Below are positions 58,038 through 64,000 of a stretch of 64,000 bases of DNA, in pieces; the first letter of the stretch is position 1, and each line of letters begins with the position of its first letter. Made by a program: the position numbers and the translations under genes. Location: contig WRJE01000001.1 in the NCBI GenBank assembly GCA_009782385.1, positions 8,303 to 72,302 on the forward strand, written 5' to 3'. The DNA is from Oscillospiraceae bacterium (lineage in GTDB: Bacteria; Bacillota; Clostridia; Oscillospirales; UBA929). The notes under the pieces are model-generated. The model was given only the letters and a program-made list of their open reading frames with translations, ran no database searches and was not told the DNA's origin.

Positions 58038-58726
58038 TGTCTCTTATCATAAACATTGCCGTATTGGCATTTTTGGCGTTTCACACATATAACGGTTTTA
58101 AGAAGGGATTTTTCTTAACTACCGCTTCTATTGTGATTTTTTTCGCGTCCATAATCGCCGGCGCGACAATGGCGAATAACTATGTCGAAAAAACCTCCGG
58201 TATTTTTGACAGTATACTCGACTGGGTAGCGGAAGACGCGACAGAGAGCGCGATAGCAAAGGTCAACTCCGGCTCTCGTGACCTTACCGAGGTTCAGCTT
58301 CATAACGTAATCGGCGAAGCGTTCGAGTCACTGGGCTTTTCTCCTACAGCGACAGGCTACCTCGCCGAACAGGTGAGGAACACGGTCGCGGCGAGATCCT
58401 CCCCGTTATTATACGAAACCATATCCCATTACTTTATCCGCGCGATAGCTTGGGTCGCGCTGTTTCTGGCGGGATTTGCCCTATGCTCCCTTATCTTGTC
58501 GCTTGTTGTAAACTTTGTCGGAACGGCTTTCAAGCTCCCCGTTATCAGACAGCTCGACATGATGGGCGGTATACCGCTCGGACTTCTTAAAGGCGTGCTT
58601 ACGATGATGGTTATCGGATTTGTCCTGCGCTATACGGGGTTTGTCGTCCCCGATGAGATAATGGACGCGGGATTACTGAGATTTTTTATTAACAACAATT
58701 TATTCGGCGGAATAATCAATTTATAA
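58037..58726 (+). CDS. CvpA (colicin V production) family membrane protein
   Basis: GFKKGF N-terminus; LP.I..LD..GG...GLLKG. Confidence 0.8.
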   Translation: MSLIINIAVLAFLAFHTYNGFKKGFFLTTASIVIFFASIIAGATMANNYVEKTSGIFDSILDWVAEDATESAIAKVNSGSRDLTEVQLHNVIGEAFESLGFSPTATGYLAEQVRNTVAARSSPLLYETISHYFIRAIAWVALFLAGFALCSLILSLVVNFVGTAFKLPVIRQLDMMGGIPLGLLKGVLTMMVIGFVLRYTGFVVPDEIMDAGLLRFFINNNLFGGIINL

Positions 58727-58743
58727 AATCAGGGGATTTAACT

Positions 58744-61056
58744 ATGCAGAATATGTGTACACGCTGCCATAAATATATGGCGGTGGTGTTTATAACCAAA
58801 CTTGAGGACGGCAAAACCACGAACGAGGGTCTTTGCCTTAAATGCGCGACCGAACTCGGCATAAAGCCCGTTAACGACATACTCAAGCGCATGAACATAA
58901 GCGAGGACGACCTCGATGCCATATCTGATGATATGCTCGACGCAATGACCGGGTTGAGCGATATGTTCGGCTCAGACGATGACGAAGACGATGAGAATGA
59001 TGACGGCAAAACCGCGACATTCCCGTTTCTTCACAAATTGTTCAGCTCCGGCGACAATCCCGTTCCCCCAACACCGCAGCAGCCTCCGTCCGGCGGTCAC
59101 CGCGCCGCGTCAGGACGAAATCCCGAGGACAAAAACCGCGCCCCGAAACGCAAATTTCTTGAAAGTTACTGCATTTCACTGAGCGCGCGCGCCAAAGAAG
59201 GCAAGCTCGACAGCGTCATCGGGCGCGAGGACGAAATAGAGCGCGTCCTGCAAATACTCAACCGCCGCCAAAAGAACAACCCATGCCTTATCGGCGAGCC
59301 GGGTGTCGGCAAAACCGCTATCGCCGAAGGTCTGGCGCAGCGTATCACAGACGGAAACGTACCGCCTAAACTGAAAAATAAAGAGATTTACCTGCTCGAC
59401 CTTACCGCTGTTGTCGCGGGAACTCAGTTCCGCGGGCAGTTTGAGAGCCGCATGAAAGGGCTTATCGAGGAAATAAAGAAACTGGGGAACATAGTGCTTG
59501 TCATAGACGAGGTTCACACGCTTGTCGGCGCGGGCGATGCCGAGGGCAGCATGAACGCCGCGAACATACTCAAACCCGCGCTCTCACGCGGCGAGATTCA
59601 AGTCATAGGCGCGACAACTTTCAACGAATACCGCAAGCATATTGAAAAAGATGCCGCGCTTGAACGGCGTTTCCAGCCCATAACCGTATCCGAGCCGAGC
59701 ATTGAGCAGGCGACCGAAATCATGTTCGGCGTGGCGCATTATTACGAGCAGTTCCACGGCGTGCGTATATCTCCCGAGATAATAGCCGCCGCCGTTAATA
59801 TGTCGGAACGCTATATAACCGACCGTTTTCTGCCCGACAAGGCAATCGACCTCATTGACGAGGCGTGTTCGGGTCTTAACCTACATGACGCGAATATAAA
59901 CGAAGCCGAAGCTATCCGCATGGAACTCGAATCCATCCGTGCCGAATACGCTGAAACCCTCTCCCACGCGCAGATTCCCAACAGCGCGTACGCCCGTATG
60001 GCAGAGCTGAAAACCGAAGAATCACGCCTTGAAAACCGCTACGCCGAGATTCAAGAGGCGGGCGTTCCCCCGCTGACAATAGACCACCTCGCCCGTGTCA
60101 TCGAGCAGTGGACGGGTATCCCCGCCGCCAGTATACAGGAACAGGAATACGAGCGTCTGGCAAAACTTGAGGACAGGCTGAAAGAACGTCTTGTCGGTCA
60201 AGACGAAGCGGTAAAATCCGTGTCCGCCGCTATAAGGCGCGGGCGTGTGGGCATATCCGCGAAGAAAAAGCCTGTGTCGTTTATCTTTGTCGGTCCGACA
60301 GGTGTCGGTAAGACCGAGCTTGTCAAATGTCTTGCACAAGACTTGTTCAGTGCGCCTGAAGCCTTGGTGCGCCTCGATATGTCGGAGTTCATGGAAAAAC
60401 ACGCCGTGTCGCGCATTGTCGGTGCGCCTCCCGGCTATGTCGGTTATGACGAAGCGGGTCAGCTCACCGAGAAGATACGCCGTAAGCCTTACAGTGTCGT
60501 GCTTTTCGACGAGATTGAGAAAGCCCATCCCGATGTGCTGAACATACTTCTGCAAATCCTCGACGACGGGCATATCACCGACGCACAGGGGCGCAAGGTC
60601 AACTTCCAGAACACGGTTATCATTATGACCTCCAATGCCGGAAGCGACCGCACCGCAGGACTTGCGGGCTTCGCCCAGTCACAGACTGCACAGAGCAATG
60701 AACGCTCGATGAAGGCGTTGACCGATATTATGCGCCCCGAGTTCCTCAACCGCGTTGACGAAATCGTTACATTTAACCCGCTCAACGAGGAGAATTTTAC
60801 GGATATAGCAAATATCATGCTCGGCGACTTGAAAACCGCGATGGAGCAGAACAGCTTGACACTCACATATGACGATTCTTTAATCGGCTATCTTGTCAAA
60901 AAGTCGTTCTCGGTCAAATACGGTGCGCGTAACCTCCGCCGCCTGATACAAAAAGAAGTCGAGGACGCAATAGCGTCCAGACTTATCAGCAATTACGCGG
61001 ACAATATCACATCCGTCCATGTGTCCGTGTCGGACGACACGGTGGTTTTGTCGTAG
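58744..61056 (+). CDS. Clp ATPase (ClpC/ClpE-like, N-terminal Zn-finger)
   Basis: CxxC...CxxC; GEPGVGKT; GPTGVGKT; [10 protein letters not shown]; GAPPGYVGY. Confidence 0.93.
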   Translation: MQNMCTRCHKYMAVVFITKLEDGKTTNEGLCLKCATELGIKPVNDILKRMNISEDDLDAISDDMLDAMTGLSDMFGSDDDEDDENDDGKTATFPFLHKLFSSGDNPVPPTPQQPPSGGHRAASGRNPEDKNRAPKRKFLESYCISLSARAKEGKLDSVIGREDEIERVLQILNRRQKNNPCLIGEPGVGKTAIAEGLAQRITDGNVPPKLKNKEIYLLDLTAVVAGTQFRGQFESRMKGLIEEIKKLGNIVLVIDEVHTLVGAGDAEGSMNAANILKPALSRGEIQVIGATTFNEYRKHIEKDAALERRFQPITVSEPSIEQATEIMFGVAHYYEQFHGVRISPEIIAAAVNMSERYITDRFLPDKAIDLIDEACSGLNLHDANINEAEAIRMELESIRAEYAETLSHAQIPNSAYARMAELKTEESRLENRYAEIQEAGVPPLTIDHLARVIEQWTGIPAASIQEQEYERLAKLEDRLKERLVGQDEAVKSVSAAIRRGRVGISAKKKPVSFIFVGPTGVGKTELVKCLAQDLFSAPEALVRLDMSEFMEKHAVSRIVGAPPGYVGYDEAGQLTEKIRRKPYSVVLFDEIEKAHPDVLNILLQILDDGHITDAQGRKVNFQNTVIIMTSNAGSDRTAGLAGFAQSQTAQSNERSMKALTDIMRPEFLNRVDEIVTFNPLNEENFTDIANIMLGDLKTAMEQNSLTLTYDDSLIGYLVKKSFSVKYGARNLRRLIQKEVEDAIASRLISNYADNITSVHVSVSDDTVVLS

Positions 61057-61091
61057 TCTATAGTAATTTTTTATGACAGGAGGCGTATAAG

Positions 61092-61391
61092 TTGCTGACA
61101 GTAGACGAAATAAAGTCAATAGTAACTCCGGTGGCAGATGTTTATCCAATTCGCCGCGTAACGCTTTTTGGTTCTTATGCGAGAGGGGATGCAACAGAAA
61201 ACAGCGATGTAGACATTGTAATCGACAGTGACGGAAAACTAAATGGTATAAACTTCTTTATTTATGCTGATAAATTGGCAAAAGCATTGCCTGTAAAGTC
61301 TGACATTTTTGAGTCAATCGAAATAAAAAAACCGTCATCGTTATACACACGAATCCTAACAGAAGGAGTTGTGTTATATGAGCGAGCGTAA
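61092..61391 (+). CDS. Minimal nucleotidyltransferase (MNT/MntA-type antitoxin)
   Basis: LFGSYARG.A...SDVDI, C-terminal EGVVLYE. Confidence 0.88.
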   Translation: MLTVDEIKSIVTPVADVYPIRRVTLFGSYARGDATENSDVDIVIDSDGKLNGINFFIYADKLAKALPVKSDIFESIEIKKPSSLYTRILTEGVVLYERA

Positions 61392-61431
61392 TTTTAAGAA
61401 GATTTTATTTGATAACCGTCCGGAGGTATAA
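61378..61431 (+). pseudogene. Possible 5' stub of lost HEPN partner gene
   Basis: RBS AAGGAG plus ATG overlapping the MNT end; MSERNFKKILFDNRPEV then stop. Confidence 0.35.
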
Positions 61432-63382
<1,951 letters not shown>

Positions 63383-63386
<4 letters not shown>

Positions 63387-64000
63387 GACACAATTTCTCC
63401 GCGTTCCTTCAAATCATTTATTATATTGTCGTACATTTCTTTATCAATCTTATATTTCCAACGGTACAAAAAGTAACTGACGGCAATGCAAATAAGCGGC
63501 AAAATCAGCATTGCCATCTTCATCATTAATAATCCCTCGGGTGTCACATCCGCCGCGCTCTCCGCCTCTTTTATGCCGCTGAGGATTATAACGACCGACA
63601 CAATGCCCGTACCCACCGCGCCGCTGAGTTTGTTTATAAACGGCTGAATGGCGAACGTGACGCTGTCGTTGCGCCTGCCCAACTTCCATTGCCCGTAATC
63701 CACCGAATCGGCTATGAACATCAGCATCATAAGCTGAATAAACGACTGCCCCACGAACAACAGCACCCCGGCGATTCCGATAAACGTCATCGTATCGGTC
63801 GGCGCGAAGAAGAACACGATGTACCCAACGCTGACAATCGCGATTGCGAACGTATAGAGAGTTTTGCGCTCAAACATCTTGCTGAATATGGGAAATACTG
63901 CCAGCGCGGCTATCTGTGATACACCGAGAATAACGGCAAACACCGAATACATATTTTCATCGCCATAAGCGTATTTGAAGAAGAACAGCCCGAAGCTCGT
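63383..64000 (-). CDS. Glycoside-pentoside-hexuronide (MelB-like) MFS transporter, 3' part
   Basis: M.IADSVDYGQWKLGRRN, YKID..MY..I..DL motifs; 5' end outside window. Confidence 0.88.

Noticed and set aside
57370-61060. Core genes ending in GTAG just before TA inserts (57376, 61056), also GTAG stops at 47127 and 33107
   Set aside because: No REP hairpin follows, other TA inserts lack GTAG, and the count is compatible with chance.

Overview
Chromosomal segment of a spore-forming, roughly 50% GC Clostridia-like bacterium (Oscillospiraceae-like gene order, by inference). Core content: end of a Ger germinant-receptor operon; a type IV pilus cluster (three minor pilins, pilB, pilT, major pilin, short prepilin peptidase, pilC, fused pilMN, pilO); tRNA-Leu(TAA) and initiator tRNA-Met; pcrA; an RluA-family enzyme; the yicC-gmk-rpoZ-priA-def-fmt-rsmB-rlmN-stp-prkC-rsgA operon; PEPCK; ftsK; uppP; ackA; ecfA-A'-T-truA; a Clp ATPase; ligA. 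Two further layers sit on top. (1) About 40 hand-counted GTAG-headed hairpin repeats (REP-like). They form doublets and arrays, supply the TAG stop of seven genes, sit in frame inside PcrA, RsmB and two other proteins, coincide with loss of the LigA BRCT domain, and separate a row of AT-rich accessory genes in an integron-like pattern at 53.6-56.1 kb. (2) At least seven toxin-antitoxin-type modules or relics plus a Dcm-like/BsaWI-like restriction-modification pair, inserted into core operons with no transposase or integrase in the window. CCWGG appears almost absent from the window. All calls come from reading the sequence and recalled family motifs; no searches were run.
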